This document shows positions 49,318-61,831 of a stretch of DNA of 64,000 nt, piece after piece (position 1 is the stretch's first letter; every line of letters starts with the position of its first letter). The position numbers and the translations under genes are program-made. This DNA comes from an uncultured delta proteobacterium (GTDB lineage: Bacteria > Myxococcota_A > Polyangia > Fen-1088), in NCBI GenBank assembly GCA_963755125.1, contig CAVWIP010000002.1:128001-192000 (forward strand), given 5' to 3'. Below the pieces are notes generated by a model. That model had not been told where the DNA came from, did no database searches, and worked only from the letters and a program-made list of their open reading frames with translations.

Positions 49318-49565
49318 GCCGGGCCATGAAAAAACCTTAATGGATCAAATTAGTTACGGTTGAGGCCCGTTCACTTGGCCTGCCAATTTGGCAAGGCAGT
49401 TCAAGAGAGAGGGCAGACTGGGCACGCGTCAGCCTGGACAGCCTCCAGCGGTTGAGGACAGGGACGGAAGCGGGGCGACGACGGTTGGGGTACGGTCAGC
49501 CGACTTCTTGACGTGCCATCGTTCCGAGGGAATCGTCCGGCTTGTGAGTCGATCCAGGCCAGTCC

Positions 49566-51047
49566 TTACGTGGCCTCCGGCTCTGTGATTTCTCCTCTCA
49601 TCTCCGTGTTCTCGGCTGCCGTCGCTGCTTTGTCCTGTCCAGCGCCTTCAGTTGGTGTCCCTTCCTTCTCCTCCTCCAGGCGCCGGTAGATGGTCCGGGT
49701 CGCGATCCCCAGCAACTGCGCGCACAGGCGCTTGTCGCCTCCCACGTGGCCCAAGGTCGCGTGAATCACGCGTCGCTCGATCTCGCCGAGCGGCGTCCCG
49801 ATGGCGAACGTGATGCTCTTTCCGTCGCTGGCGTTGCTCTGGCCCATGCGTACCTCGACGGGCAGGTCATCCAACTCCACAGCGGTCCCGCGGGAAAGAA
49901 CCACCGCGCGCTCGATCGTGTTTTCCAACTCCCGCACGTTGCCCGGCCAGTCGTAGCGCACCAGAGCCTCGGCTGCCGGCCGGGCGAAGCCTGCCAGATG
50001 ACGGCCGTTCCGCTCGCCGAAGAAACGCAGGAAGTGCTCGGCCAGAAGCGGGATGTCGTCGCGCCGTTCGCGCAAGGGAGGCACGCGCAGGGCAATCACA
50101 TTGAGTCGGTAGTAAAGATCCTCCCGGAAACGGCCCTCCCTGACTGCGCTGCGCAGATCCTGGTTGGTGGCCGCCACCAGGCGCAAGTCCACCTTGGTCG
50201 TTCGCCCGCCCAGCCGTTCGACCTCGCCCTCTTGCAGAACGCGCAGCAACTTGACCTGAACATGGGTGGGGATTTCGCCGATCTCGTCGAGGAAGAGGGT
50301 GCCGCCGTCGGCCTGCAGGAATCGCCCGTCGTGACGCTGTATGGCTCCGGTGAACGCCCCGCGCTCGTAACCGAAGAGTTCGGCTTCGAGAATCGTCTCA
50401 GGCAGCGCCGCGCAGTTGACGGGAACAAAGGGACCCGATGCACGCGGCGAAGCGGCGTGGATAGCCCGCGCCAGCAATTCCTTACCGGTTCCCGATTCGC
50501 CCAACAGCAACACGGTTGCCATGGACGGCGCGGCCTGCATCACCGTCTCCATGGTGCGGCGCCAGGCGAGCGACTGGCCGATCAGCGTCTTCTGCCGTTC
50601 GGCAGCCAGTTGCGCGCGTAGCGAGCGGTTTTCCTGCAGGAGGTTGTGTTTTTCCAATGCCTTGCTGACCGCACGAACGACGTGCGCGCGCTTGAGCGGC
50701 TTGGTGACAAAGTCGTAGGCACCCTGCCTCATGGCATCTACGGCGTTCTCTACCGAACCGTAGGCGGTCATGAGAATAGTCTCGGTCTCTGGTGAGACGC
50801 TGCGGCTGGCCTTGAGCAGATCCAGTCCAGATAGACCCGGCATGATCAGATCGGTGAGGACAACTGACACGGGCTCGCGGCGCAGAATATCGAGCGCTTC
50901 TCCACCGCTGCGCGCCGTGAGCACGCGCAACGACTCTCGCTCGAATATCTTGCTCAACGAGTCGACGATGCCCGGCTCATCGTCCACGACCAAGATGGTC
51001 GGGGCAGCGGAATCTCGGGCCGCGCTGGTTTCGGCTTCATTGGTCAC
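49566..51047 (-). CDS. Sigma-54-dependent response regulator (NtrC-like: receiver, AAA+, HTH)
   Basis: [50 protein letters not shown]. Start uncertain. Confidence 0.92.
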   Translation of the reverse strand: MTNEAETSAARDSAAPTILVVDDEPGIVDSLSKIFERESLRVLTARSGGEALDILRREPVSVVLTDLIMPGLSGLDLLKASRSVSPETETILMTAYGSVENAVDAMRQGAYDFVTKPLKRAHVVRAVSKALEKHNLLQENRSLRAQLAAERQKTLIGQSLAWRRTMETVMQAAPSMATVLLLGESGTGKELLARAIHAASPRASGPFVPVNCAALPETILEAELFGYERGAFTGAIQRHDGRFLQADGGTLFLDEIGEIPTHVQVKLLRVLQEGEVERLGGRTTKVDLRLVAATNQDLRSAVREGRFREDLYYRLNVIALRVPPLRERRDDIPLLAEHFLRFFGERNGRHLAGFARPAAEALVRYDWPGNVRELENTIERAVVLSRGTAVELDDLPVEVRMGQSNASDGKSITFAIGTPLGEIERRVIHATLGHVGGDKRLCAQLLGIATRTIYRRLEEEKEGTPTEGAGQDKAATAAENTEMRGEITEPEAT

Positions 51048-51345
51048 GTCTGCAGTTCCCCGTCCTGATCCTTCAAAGCGGATGCCAGGCGTATCAACTC
51101 CGCCGACACCACCCAACCGGCCGGAAACACAACATTATCAAAGTGCAGCATTTTGACACGGTCGACTTGGTGCCATCTTGACACAACTTCCGCCAACCCG
51201 CCCGTCTTGCTGTCACTTTGGCAGAGGGTTTCAGTCCTGACTGCGACAGGGGTACTGGTCCATCTGGCCACCCGCCCAATGCTGAGGACACAGAGGGGAG
51301 AAGGGATGGCACAGAGCTGGGTTGCGAACAGTCCGGGCCAGCCGG

Positions 51346-53190
51346 CTACGGCGTGACTGGGCCGACAAAAGTGGTGACGCTGGACGCGGTGAGGGTGACG
51401 TTCACCGTCGCGCCGGCCGTCACCGCGCCGACGTTGGCGAGGTTCTCACTTGCCGAAGTTCGGTAGCTGGTCAACGCGCCAAAGCTCCCCGCGTCGATGG
51501 TCAGAGCGAGGGGAACCTCGGACGTTCCTGCATTGATCGCCACCATCGCGATTTGGTTCCCGGCGGGGTTCTTGAAGGCGGACAGGTACACGTTGTTGGC
51601 TGGAGTCGCCACGGCATCGACCCGGCTCCAGCCAGGACGAATGAAGCGGCTGTACTGGCCAAGGGTGTAGAGTCGCTTGGGCTGGGTTCCACTTGTCTGC
51701 GCGAGACAGCCGTTGCCAGTGCCCCACGCCCACCAGTAGTTGAACGCGCTCCATTGGGTGACCACCAGATCCATGTGAACCAGGCGCGCGACAAGCAACC
51801 CATCGGTGATGCTGGCGTCCTGGGCCCACGCTGCTGTACTGAACTCAGTCATCCAGATCCGTTTGCCCGCGGCCAGTGAATTGGTAAGGGTTGGCGGCGC
51901 ATAGGAACTGGCGTTGCTCTTCCCGAAATCGTACTGGTGAACCCCCACCACGCCCAACAGAGCTGAAGTGGCTGCATCGCTCAGGATGGGGACAATGAGA
52001 GCCTCTGTCGCGGTTTGGGATTCGGGCGCCATGATCTGCAGGGTGGGCAACTGAGTGAATACACCCTTCTTGGTGAACTCCGTATTCAGCGTTGCCAAGA
52101 AGTCGTGCAACTGAGCGGCGGTCCAGTCACAGGATTCGTACGTGCATTGAAAGCTCGGTTCGTTTTGCAGCGAAAGGACCGACAAGTCGACGCCCATCTT
52201 TGCCTTGTACCCCAACAGATAGTCCGCCAGAACGTCGGCGTAGTCCGCGTAGTGAGTGGGATCGAGACTGCCGCCTACTTCGGGTGCATTGATGTAGTCA
52301 ATGGTCTTGTAACTGTCGCTGATCTTCCATTTACTGACGCTGTTGTTGGGAGGCGTCCAGGGCGTGCTCATAAACTTCGTCACCTGATAGTCTGCGCCCG
52401 CGGCCTTGATGTCGCTGATCAGAGAACTGGTGTTGCTCAGATCCCAGTTGGACCAATTGAGCGAGAAGGTCTTGCTGCCGTCACTATTGGTCGTGTACTG
52501 GTAGGTGCCGTCAGCGTTCTTGTTGATGAACTTGTCGTCATTGCTTGGGTTTTCTCGAAAGGGGATCCGATTGCGCACCAGGGACAGCCCGGCCCCGTTG
52601 CTGACGCTGAAGAGCGCGTCGTAGACCGCGGTCTTGACCGCGGCTTGGGGAGGGTACAACCAAGCGGTGCTGACACCGAATCCATCGATCACCTGCTTCG
52701 CCTGCGAGAACCTCACGTTCGCGCCGGGATTGGTCGCGAGCGCTCCGCCCGCGCTGGCTCCGCCCGAGTTCGCTGTCCCACCTGACGTCGTCGTGCCTCC
52801 CGTTGCGGTTCCACCGGTGCCCACGGCCCCGCCGGTTGCAGTCGTTCCCGCGGTTCCCCCGGTCACAGATATGCCCGCGGCCCCGCCGGTCTTCGCCGCG
52901 CTCGCCATTCCGCCGGTTCCCGCTGTGGCGGGAATGCCTCCCGCGGCCGCAGCGGTCTGGCCTCCTGCTATTGTTGACCCGCCGCCGGCACCTGAGACGC
53001 CACCCGTTGCGCCGGCTGCGGGCGCGTCAAGGGCTGGTCCACGGCCGCCCGTATCGCGGGGCACCGTGGCCGCGTCCGGCACGGGCGCGGCGGATCCGTC
53101 AACGGGGGCGGATGCTCGGTGGCAGCCACTTCCGGCCGCCGCGAAAGCAAGAAAAGACAGCGCCGTTGTAATAATCGTACTTCTGGACAT
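51346..53190 (-). CDS. Glycoside hydrolase family 30 (glucuronoxylanase-like) lipoprotein
   Basis: Lipobox-like GSGC, long G/T/A linker, QVIDGFG, STPWTPP, LQNEP, IWMTE, GQYSRFIRPG. Confidence 0.88.
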   Translation of the reverse strand: MSRSTIITTALSFLAFAAAGSGCHRASAPVDGSAAPVPDAATVPRDTGGRGPALDAPAAGATGGVSGAGGGSTIAGGQTAAAAGGIPATAGTGGMASAAKTGGAAGISVTGGTAGTTATGGAVGTGGTATGGTTTSGGTANSGGASAGGALATNPGANVRFSQAKQVIDGFGVSTAWLYPPQAAVKTAVYDALFSVSNGAGLSLVRNRIPFRENPSNDDKFINKNADGTYQYTTNSDGSKTFSLNWSNWDLSNTSSLISDIKAAGADYQVTKFMSTPWTPPNNSVSKWKISDSYKTIDYINAPEVGGSLDPTHYADYADVLADYLLGYKAKMGVDLSVLSLQNEPSFQCTYESCDWTAAQLHDFLATLNTEFTKKGVFTQLPTLQIMAPESQTATEALIVPILSDAATSALLGVVGVHQYDFGKSNASSYAPPTLTNSLAAGKRIWMTEFSTAAWAQDASITDGLLVARLVHMDLVVTQWSAFNYWWAWGTGNGCLAQTSGTQPKRLYTLGQYSRFIRPGWSRVDAVATPANNVYLSAFKNPAGNQIAMVAINAGTSEVPLALTIDAGSFGALTSYRTSASENLANVGAVTAGATVNVTLTASSVTTFVGPVTP

Positions 53191-53397
53191 ATTGCTTTGA
53201 TTCCGGACCTTGCAATGATTTATTAGTTTCTCGACAATTCAATACTTCTTTGCACGCCCGGCCTATGATCGACTCCGGTGAGCGATAAATTCTGACCACA
53301 GGCTGCCGGCAGCGACAGGCAGGAGTCAAGCACTACCCATCCAGGGCATCCGCCGACGGTCAGTCGAAACCCTCATGGTAGATCAGGAACCTGCCAA

Positions 53398-56052
53398 CTA
53401 CTTGCAAACGCCGTTTTGGCAGGTGGCTGGCGCGGTGCACGCGACGCCACACGCACCGCAGTTGGCAACATCGCTGCCTAGGTTGGCGCAAGTCCCATTG
53501 CAATCGGCCAGTCCGGGCGCGCACGATGAGCAGCAGCGGAACCCGGTATCGGGATACGAGAAGTCCTGCGCGAGCGTGGCGGCCATGAAGGTGCAATCCA
53601 GGCCGACGGAAAAACTGTCAAAGGCGCCTCCTCGGACGGTGTACACCTGGCGTCCATCTGCCAGTGCGCCGCGCAGGTCGTCGGTCCATTCGGCCAAATT
53701 GCCGCTCATGTCGAAGACCGTCGCGGCGACGTTGTTCGGGTCGAGAGTGCCAGAGGTGGTGCACTCGCTGAAGGTGCCCACGCTCACAACTGCGTTAAGG
53801 TTTGCTTCGGCGCCGTTGCACAGGGTTGCATTGTAGTTTGAACCATAGGGATAGCAGCCATCGACACAGGTCTTCCCCAGCTCACAAGCGAAGCCCCATT
53901 CATCGGCGGTCACGACGTCGTTGTTGCGCAGAACTTCGCACAGGCGCATGCCGGCGGCGCGGCAGGCGGCATCAGCCGCCGTCCATGTCACCGAACTCCA
54001 GGGCAAAACCCCGGTGCCGGTCGCACTGGTTTGGCGTGAGCAGGCACGGGCCGAGGAAGAACCCGCCGACGTCGCGTTTGCATCGACGCGGCTGGCCTCG
54101 TAGCTGTAGATGTAGTAGCCGGTGCCTAGCGCGCCTGTCGCCGCGACGTGGACCACGGAATCGCGCACACCCTTGCACTCCTGCCCCGCGCACTGTGGCA
54201 GCCCGAGTCCCGACGGGTTGTCCCAGCTTTCGTCGATGAGGCCGTCGCAGTCGTTGTCCTTGCCGTCGCAGATCTCGTCGGTCGGTGTGGCGGCAACCGA
54301 GCCGGTCAGATCGCAGGCCGGGGGCAAAATCTTGTCGGCCTGGCACTTCATGGTGCCGACGCGCTGGCATTCACCCAGGCCAGCGTTGTCACTGCATGAT
54401 GTGCCCAGGACGGCGGACGCGAACTCATCCACCTCGCCGTTGCAGTTGTTGTCGAGCCCGTCGCACCATGATTCCTGCGCCGCCACTTGGTTGGGGCCGG
54501 TAAGCTGTACAGTGGCCGGGTAGTTGCAGACCCAGCTCGGCATGCTGGCGCCGGACGGGGTGGTGCACACCGGGAAAGTGGCGTCGCCCGGGTAGTGCGT
54601 CGAGTCCCCTGGACCCTTGCCACATTCACCTATCTGCAGGCAGAAGTTGACCGTCGGGTAGATCAGTCCAGGGTCGTTCGTGTCGGTGAGCCCATTGCAA
54701 TCGTTGTCGACGCCATCGCAGACTTCCGGTCCGTTGGGGGTGCAGGCGTATTCGCAGCCATTACTCGGGTTGTGGTCGGCATCTGTCCAACCGGCCTGGC
54801 AAGAGCCCATTTGACACTGACCGTTGATGCATAGCCCGGTCGCGTGGGCGTAGGTGCAGGCGACCCCGCAACTGCCGCAGTTTCGCGGATCATTCTGCAA
54901 GTTGAAGTCCTCGTCAACCAAGCCATCGCAGTCGTTGTCGAGTCCGTCACAGATTTCCAGTTGCGGCGTCACTACACCGTTGCAAACCAGGGTTCCAGCC
55001 GTGCATACCCAGGCGCCCAGTCGACACTGACCGATGCAGATCCCAGTCTGCAGATTGCAGCCGTCAGCCCCAGCCGGATAACAGGGCTTGCCCAGGTTGG
55101 GATCGCTCTCGTCGATGAGGCCGTTGCAGTTGTTGTCGATTCCGTCGCAGACTTCCTCGCTGGGTTGTTGTGCACCTACGCAGAGGCGCGCACCGGCGAT
55201 GCAGGTCAGAACCCCCGGCTGGCATCCACCACCTCCACCGCAAGGCTGGCCCACGTCCGTGGGATTATCGTCAATGAGGCCGTCGCAGTCGTTGTCGATT
55301 CCGTCGCAGATCTCGATGCCATTGTTGCTTGGCGTGCAGGCGTACTCGCACCCGTTGTCAGGATTGCCGTCGATGTCGAAGTAGCCAGGCAGGCACGTGT
55401 GAGTGCATTGCCCCTTTTGGCAGACACCGGTGGCGTGGGCGAAGCTGCACACGTTGCCGCACTGGCCGCAATTGGTCGCGTCGTTCTGCAGGTCGAAACC
55501 CTCGTCGATCTGGCCGTTGCAGTTGTTGTCCGCGCCGTCGCAGATCTCGACGCCGCCATTGCTCTCCAGACATTCGCAGCCGTTCACCGGATTGCCGTCG
55601 AGATCAACGTAGCCGGGATTGCAGGTGCCCACCCCGCACACGCCCGCGACGCAGGCCGCTTGGGCGTGGGGAATCTCGCAGATGGTCCCGCATAGGCCGC
55701 AGTTCTGCGGGTCAGTTTGAAGATTGGCTTCTTGGCAGGAGCCCCCGCCCGTTTCCGCATGGGAGCCCGACCCGCCATCGCTCGCGCCGCCCGCACCCCC
55801 GGACGGCATCAGCGAGAAGCCATCTCTTCCCCCGCCATCCACGCCGGCGGGGCCAATCAGGCGAGCCACATCGGCGCTGCGTTGCTGGCAGGCGCCCAAC
55901 ACCAGCGCCAACGCCGCGGCGTAGCCAAGATCCCTGTGGTGCGCACGATAGACCGCTGCTACCAGCCCATGGCTTCGCCCCTGCCCAGCCACTTCAGCAG
56001 CCGAAACAGTGGCGCTGCTCTGACTGATTGCAGGTGTCGCAGTCGGTCCCAT
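53398..56052 (-). CDS. Large Cys-rich repeat protein with FGE-sulfatase-like (C-lectin fold) domain
   Basis: LGAC lipobox-like; 7x CDGxDNxCxGxxD; 4x DxxNCGxCGxxC; FDMSGNLAEW, RGGAF, GFRCC. Start uncertain. Confidence 0.85.
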   Translation of the reverse strand: MGPTATPAISQSSATVSAAEVAGQGRSHGLVAAVYRAHHRDLGYAAALALVLGACQQRSADVARLIGPAGVDGGGRDGFSLMPSGGAGGASDGGSGSHAETGGGSCQEANLQTDPQNCGLCGTICEIPHAQAACVAGVCGVGTCNPGYVDLDGNPVNGCECLESNGGVEICDGADNNCNGQIDEGFDLQNDATNCGQCGNVCSFAHATGVCQKGQCTHTCLPGYFDIDGNPDNGCEYACTPSNNGIEICDGIDNDCDGLIDDNPTDVGQPCGGGGGCQPGVLTCIAGARLCVGAQQPSEEVCDGIDNNCNGLIDESDPNLGKPCYPAGADGCNLQTGICIGQCRLGAWVCTAGTLVCNGVVTPQLEICDGLDNDCDGLVDEDFNLQNDPRNCGSCGVACTYAHATGLCINGQCQMGSCQAGWTDADHNPSNGCEYACTPNGPEVCDGVDNDCNGLTDTNDPGLIYPTVNFCLQIGECGKGPGDSTHYPGDATFPVCTTPSGASMPSWVCNYPATVQLTGPNQVAAQESWCDGLDNNCNGEVDEFASAVLGTSCSDNAGLGECQRVGTMKCQADKILPPACDLTGSVAATPTDEICDGKDNDCDGLIDESWDNPSGLGLPQCAGQECKGVRDSVVHVAATGALGTGYYIYSYEASRVDANATSAGSSSARACSRQTSATGTGVLPWSSVTWTAADAACRAAGMRLCEVLRNNDVVTADEWGFACELGKTCVDGCYPYGSNYNATLCNGAEANLNAVVSVGTFSECTTSGTLDPNNVAATVFDMSGNLAEWTDDLRGALADGRQVYTVRGGAFDSFSVGLDCTFMAATLAQDFSYPDTGFRCCSSCAPGLADCNGTCANLGSDVANCGACGVACTAPATCQNGVCK

Positions 56053-56121
56053 GAACAGCCATAGTGTACAGTGTCTCGACGGGAACGGTAAGTCTGGAGG
56101 CGTTTGGCCGGCGCCCGAACG

Positions 56122-56733
56122 TCATGTGTGTACAGCCGCGCGCAGCGGGGGAGTGAGGCTGGGGCTCGGCAAGCCGCCCTTCTGACGGCGCTTGTCCAGG
56201 TACATCTCGTGGTCGGCCACGCGCATGATCTCGTCGCAGGTCGTGCCATCCTTGGGATAGCCAGCGAATCCGAAGCTGAGTTCGATGGAGAAAGGGGCGC
56301 CGGTGCGGGCTTCGGCCAGCGCGGCACGCAGACGCGCAAGCAGCGGCGCGGTTCCACCCACCCCGATCTCGGGCAAGAGCACCGCGAACTCATCACCCCC
56401 GATGCGGCAGAGCACGTCGTGGGTGCGCAGCGAGCGTTCGAGGAACTCGGCCACCCAGCGCAGAACCAGATCCCCTTCCGGGTGGCCGTGAACGTCGTTG
56501 ATGGCCTTGAGATCGTTCACGTCGGCCATCATGATGCTGAAGTGGCGCTGGGGCTGGCGACGTGCGCGGCTCAACTCCTCGGTGAGACGCTCGGTGAAGT
56601 AGCGGCGGTTCCACAGTCCGGTGAGATCGTCGCGATAAGCGAGAGTGCGATAGGTTTCCATCCTGGCGAGTTCCTGGCGAAGTTCGGCATTCTCGCGCAG
56701 CAAGTCCTTGATGCTGGGTGGTGCGGCTCGCAT
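56122..56733 (-). CDS. Diguanylate cyclase (short coiled coil plus GGDEF)
   Basis: DDLTGLWNRR, INDVHGH, RTHD I-site five residues before GGDEF. Confidence 0.92.
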   Translation of the reverse strand: MRAAPPSIKDLLRENAELRQELARMETYRTLAYRDDLTGLWNRRYFTERLTEELSRARRQPQRHFSIMMADVNDLKAINDVHGHPEGDLVLRWVAEFLERSLRTHDVLCRIGGDEFAVLLPEIGVGGTAPLLARLRAALAEARTGAPFSIELSFGFAGYPKDGTTCDEIMRVADHEMYLDKRRQKGGLPSPSLTPPLRAAVHT

Positions 56734-56817
56734 TGAATCCTTGCGTCCCACGAGAGAAGTTGTAGCAAAAAGGTCGGTGGCGCGCCAACCCAGCCCAGTA
56801 TAATCGAGCACAGAATC

Positions 56818-57501
56818 ATGTCCTTTCGCGCCGCAATCCTCTTCGATCTCGACGGAACCTTGGTCGACACCGAGCGCGACAACGTGGAGTCGGTGGTGCT
56901 GGCCCTGCGGCACTGGCGCATCGATCTTGACGGTGCCGAGCGGCACTTCGTAGTGGGCCATTCCTGGAACGAGATATACGCCATGCTGGTTCGCGACCAT
57001 GGGCTGCAGGTTGGCATGGCCGAGGTCATCACGCGGGCGGTGGCGGAGAAACGGCAGCTCCTGGCGCACAAGGGATACCAGCCCTTGCCGGGGGTGCGCG
57101 ACGTCGTCAAGCGGCTCGGCCGTCGAGCGGAGTTGGCCGTGGTCTCGGGTGCCAGCCGGGTCGAAGTGCACGAGGCCGTCGCCGGGCTGGGGATGTTGGG
57201 AGATTTTCGCGTCTTGCTCGGGGCCGAGGACTATGGCAAGGGCAAACCCGATCCCGAGCCGTATCTGACCGCGATGCGCTTGCTCGGCGTGCCCGCGGCC
57301 GCCTGCATCGTGGTGGAGGACGCCGAGCCGGGCATTCTCGCGGGACGGGCTGCAGGCGCTCACGTAGTCGCCGTGCGGGCCGCCAACTACCTAGGATATG
57401 ACCAGTCGGCAGCGGACGTTGTCCTCGACACGCTCGATGGAATGACCGACGAGCTGTGCGATCGGTTGCTGGCGCAGACGGAATCGATCGCAGTCGGCTA
57501 G
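56818..57501 (+). CDS. HAD-superfamily phosphatase
   Basis: FDLDGTLVD, KPDPEPY, VVEDA. Confidence 0.92.
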   Translation: MSFRAAILFDLDGTLVDTERDNVESVVLALRHWRIDLDGAERHFVVGHSWNEIYAMLVRDHGLQVGMAEVITRAVAEKRQLLAHKGYQPLPGVRDVVKRLGRRAELAVVSGASRVEVHEAVAGLGMLGDFRVLLGAEDYGKGKPDPEPYLTAMRLLGVPAAACIVVEDAEPGILAGRAAGAHVVAVRAANYLGYDQSAADVVLDTLDGMTDELCDRLLAQTESIAVG

Positions 57502-57512
57502 CAGGCGTCGCC

Positions 57513-58448
57513 GTGTTCGATCATTTGCCTGCCGACGTCTTGCTCTTTGAAGTGGGGCCGCGCGACGGCCTGCAGAACGAGACCCGCCTGGTGGCGACCG
57601 CCGACAAGGTCGCGCTCATTGACGCGCTCACGGACTGTGGTCTGCGCGCCATCGAGATCGCGAGCTTCGTCAACCCGCAATGGGTCCCGCAACTGTCCGA
57701 TGCCGGCGAGGTGGCGCGGCAGGTTGTGCGCCGCTCAGGCATCATCTACTCGGCACTGGTGCCGAACCCGCAGGGCCTGGCTGCGGCCCAGGCGGCAGCC
57801 ATGCCGGAGATCGCCGTGTTCATTTCCGCTTCCGAAAGCCACAACCGCAAGAACGTGAACAAGAGCATCGCGGACACCTTGCGGGTTCTTGAGGAAATCG
57901 TGCCCAACGCGCGTCGAGCCGGCATGCGCGTTCGCGGTTACGTCTCGACGGTGTACGGCTGCCCCTACGAGGGTGCGGTGAACCCAGCCAGGGCGGTGGC
58001 GTTGGTGGCCGCCCTGCGCACAGCCGGTTGCTACCAGGTTTCCCTGGGCGACACCATTGGCGTGGCCAACCCGCGCCAGGTGCGTGACGTCCTCGCGCTG
58101 GTCTTGGCGGAAATCCCGAGTGAGGCCGTGGCGGTGCACTTTCACGACACGCGCGGCACTGCGCTGGCCAACATCCTGGTGGCGCTGGAAATGGGCATCA
58201 CCACCATGGACACGGCGCTGGGCGGGCTGGGCGGCTGCCCGTTCGCGCCCGGCGCCTCAGGCAACGTGGCCACCGAGGACGCGGTGAACATGCTGGAGGG
58301 AATGGGAGTGAAGACCGGAGTCCAACTCGACAAGCTGATCGATTGTTCTCGTCTGGCGGCCAGCCTGGTGGGACACGAGATGCCGTCCCGCTACTATCGC
58401 GCGGCGATAGGCTCGCGTTTGCACGCGGGCGGGGGAAGCAGAGCGTAG
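57513..58448 (+). CDS. Hydroxymethylglutaryl-CoA lyase
   Basis: EVGPRDGLQNE, LGDTIG, HFHDTRG, GLGGCPFAPGASGNVATED. Confidence 0.93.
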   Translation: MFDHLPADVLLFEVGPRDGLQNETRLVATADKVALIDALTDCGLRAIEIASFVNPQWVPQLSDAGEVARQVVRRSGIIYSALVPNPQGLAAAQAAAMPEIAVFISASESHNRKNVNKSIADTLRVLEEIVPNARRAGMRVRGYVSTVYGCPYEGAVNPARAVALVAALRTAGCYQVSLGDTIGVANPRQVRDVLALVLAEIPSEAVAVHFHDTRGTALANILVALEMGITTMDTALGGLGGCPFAPGASGNVATEDAVNMLEGMGVKTGVQLDKLIDCSRLAASLVGHEMPSRYYRAAIGSRLHAGGGSRA

Positions 58449-58460
58449 GCGGCAGCCAAT

Positions 58461-58682
58461 TCAACCTGGCTTGGAAAGTACCTTCGAGGCCCACTCTTCG
58501 TTGAGATGGTTGGCTTCCTCGATCGAGCGGTGCCTGTCCAGCCCGGGCGGAAAACGCACGGGGCAGAGGCGGGCAGAGAGATCCCATACGGACGCGATGG
58601 TTGGCCAGGGCTGAGGGTCGTCTCGGTCGAGCCAAACGGTGCCCTCCATCTCTGCGGCTGATCGGAATCGGCGGATCGGCAT
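58461..58682 (-). CDS. Small hypothetical protein (73 aa)
   Basis: ATG directly after the aroC stop; MPIRRFRSAAEM...RFPPGLDRHRSIEEA. Confidence 0.6.
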   Translation of the reverse strand: MPIRRFRSAAEMEGTVWLDRDDPQPWPTIASVWDLSARLCPVRFPPGLDRHRSIEEANHLNEEWASKVLSKPG

Positions 58683-58683
58683 T

Positions 58684-59763
58684 CTATCCCACCAAAGCCC
58701 GCTGGCGCAGCAAGTGATCGGCCAGCACCAGGGCCATCATGGCTTCGACGATGGGCACTGCGCGCGGGAGCACGCAGGGGTCGTGACGACCGCGGGGCTG
58801 CAGCAGCGTGGGATTGCCGTCGACGTCCACGGTTTCCTGTTCGCGCAGGATGGTGGCCACGGGCTTGAAGGCAGCTCGCACGATGATGTCCTCGCCGTTG
58901 GAGATGCCGCCCTGGATGCCGCCGGAGCGGTTGCTGCGGGTGCGGACGCGGCCGTTCTCCGAATAGAAGATGTCATTGTGCTCGGAACCATGCAGGCGCG
59001 TGCCGGCGAAGCCGCTGCCCACCTCGAAGCCTTTGCATGCCGGGATCGACAGCAGCGCCTTGCCCATGTCCGCGTGTAACTTGTCGAACACCGGCTCGCC
59101 CAGCCCTGCGGGCACGTGGCGCGCCACCGCTTCGATCACGCCGCCCAGAGAATCGCCGTCGGCGCGGGCCTGATCGATGAGCGCGATCATCTGGTCGGCG
59201 ACGGCCCCATCCGGGCAGCGCACGATGTTCGCATCCACATCTTTGCGCGTGACCTTGCTGGCATCCACCGCGGCGCTCAGGTTGTTCACCTGGGTCACAT
59301 AGGCCACGATTTCGATCTGGGATTGCTCGACCAGCAGCTTGCGCGCGATGGCGCCGCTGGCGACGCGACCGATGGTCTCGCGCGCGCTGGCCCGGCCGCC
59401 GCCCGCGGAGGCGCGAACCCCGTACTTGGCCTGGTAGGTGTAGTCAGCGTGGGACGGGCGAAAGGCACGCTGGACCTCCTGGTAGTCGCCGGATCGCGCG
59501 TCGGCGTTGCGCACCAGCAAGGCGATGGGCGAGCCCAGGGTCACGCCGTCGTGCACGCCCGAGAGAATCGCGACCGCATCCGCTTCATCGCGGCGGGTGG
59601 TGATGCGGCTTTGGCCGGGACGGCGCCGGTCCAGCTCGACCTGGATTTCTTCCGCGGTGATGGGCACACGCGGCGGGCAGCCGTCCACCACGACTCCGAT
59701 TGCCGGGCCGTGCGACTCACCCCAGGTTGCGATTCGAAAGAGTTCTCCGAATGTGCTCGCCAC
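58684..59763 (-). CDS. aroC: Chorismate synthase
   Basis: [36 protein letters not shown]. Confidence 0.97.
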   Translation of the reverse strand: MASTFGELFRIATWGESHGPAIGVVVDGCPPRVPITAEEIQVELDRRRPGQSRITTRRDEADAVAILSGVHDGVTLGSPIALLVRNADARSGDYQEVQRAFRPSHADYTYQAKYGVRASAGGGRASARETIGRVASGAIARKLLVEQSQIEIVAYVTQVNNLSAAVDASKVTRKDVDANIVRCPDGAVADQMIALIDQARADGDSLGGVIEAVARHVPAGLGEPVFDKLHADMGKALLSIPACKGFEVGSGFAGTRLHGSEHNDIFYSENGRVRTRSNRSGGIQGGISNGEDIIVRAAFKPVATILREQETVDVDGNPTLLQPRGRHDPCVLPRAVPIVEAMMALVLADHLLRQRALVG

Positions 59764-59909
59764 AGTGATCGACAGGCTAGCACGACTCGCCCGCGAAGCC
59801 GTCGACGACGCGAAACCTTGCCGCGCCTCGCATCAGCGGAAAGTGCCTTTCGCATGCCGGTTGAGTTTTCTTGTGGAATTTCGCGCCAGTTTTATTCAAC
59901 GTAGCGGCC

Positions 59910-61829
<1,920 letters not shown>

Positions 61830-61831
61830 CT

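Noticed and set aside
49344..49357. IHF site upstream of gspC
   Set aside because: AT-rich and plausibly placed, but spacing is one base off the WATCAR-N4-TTR consensus.
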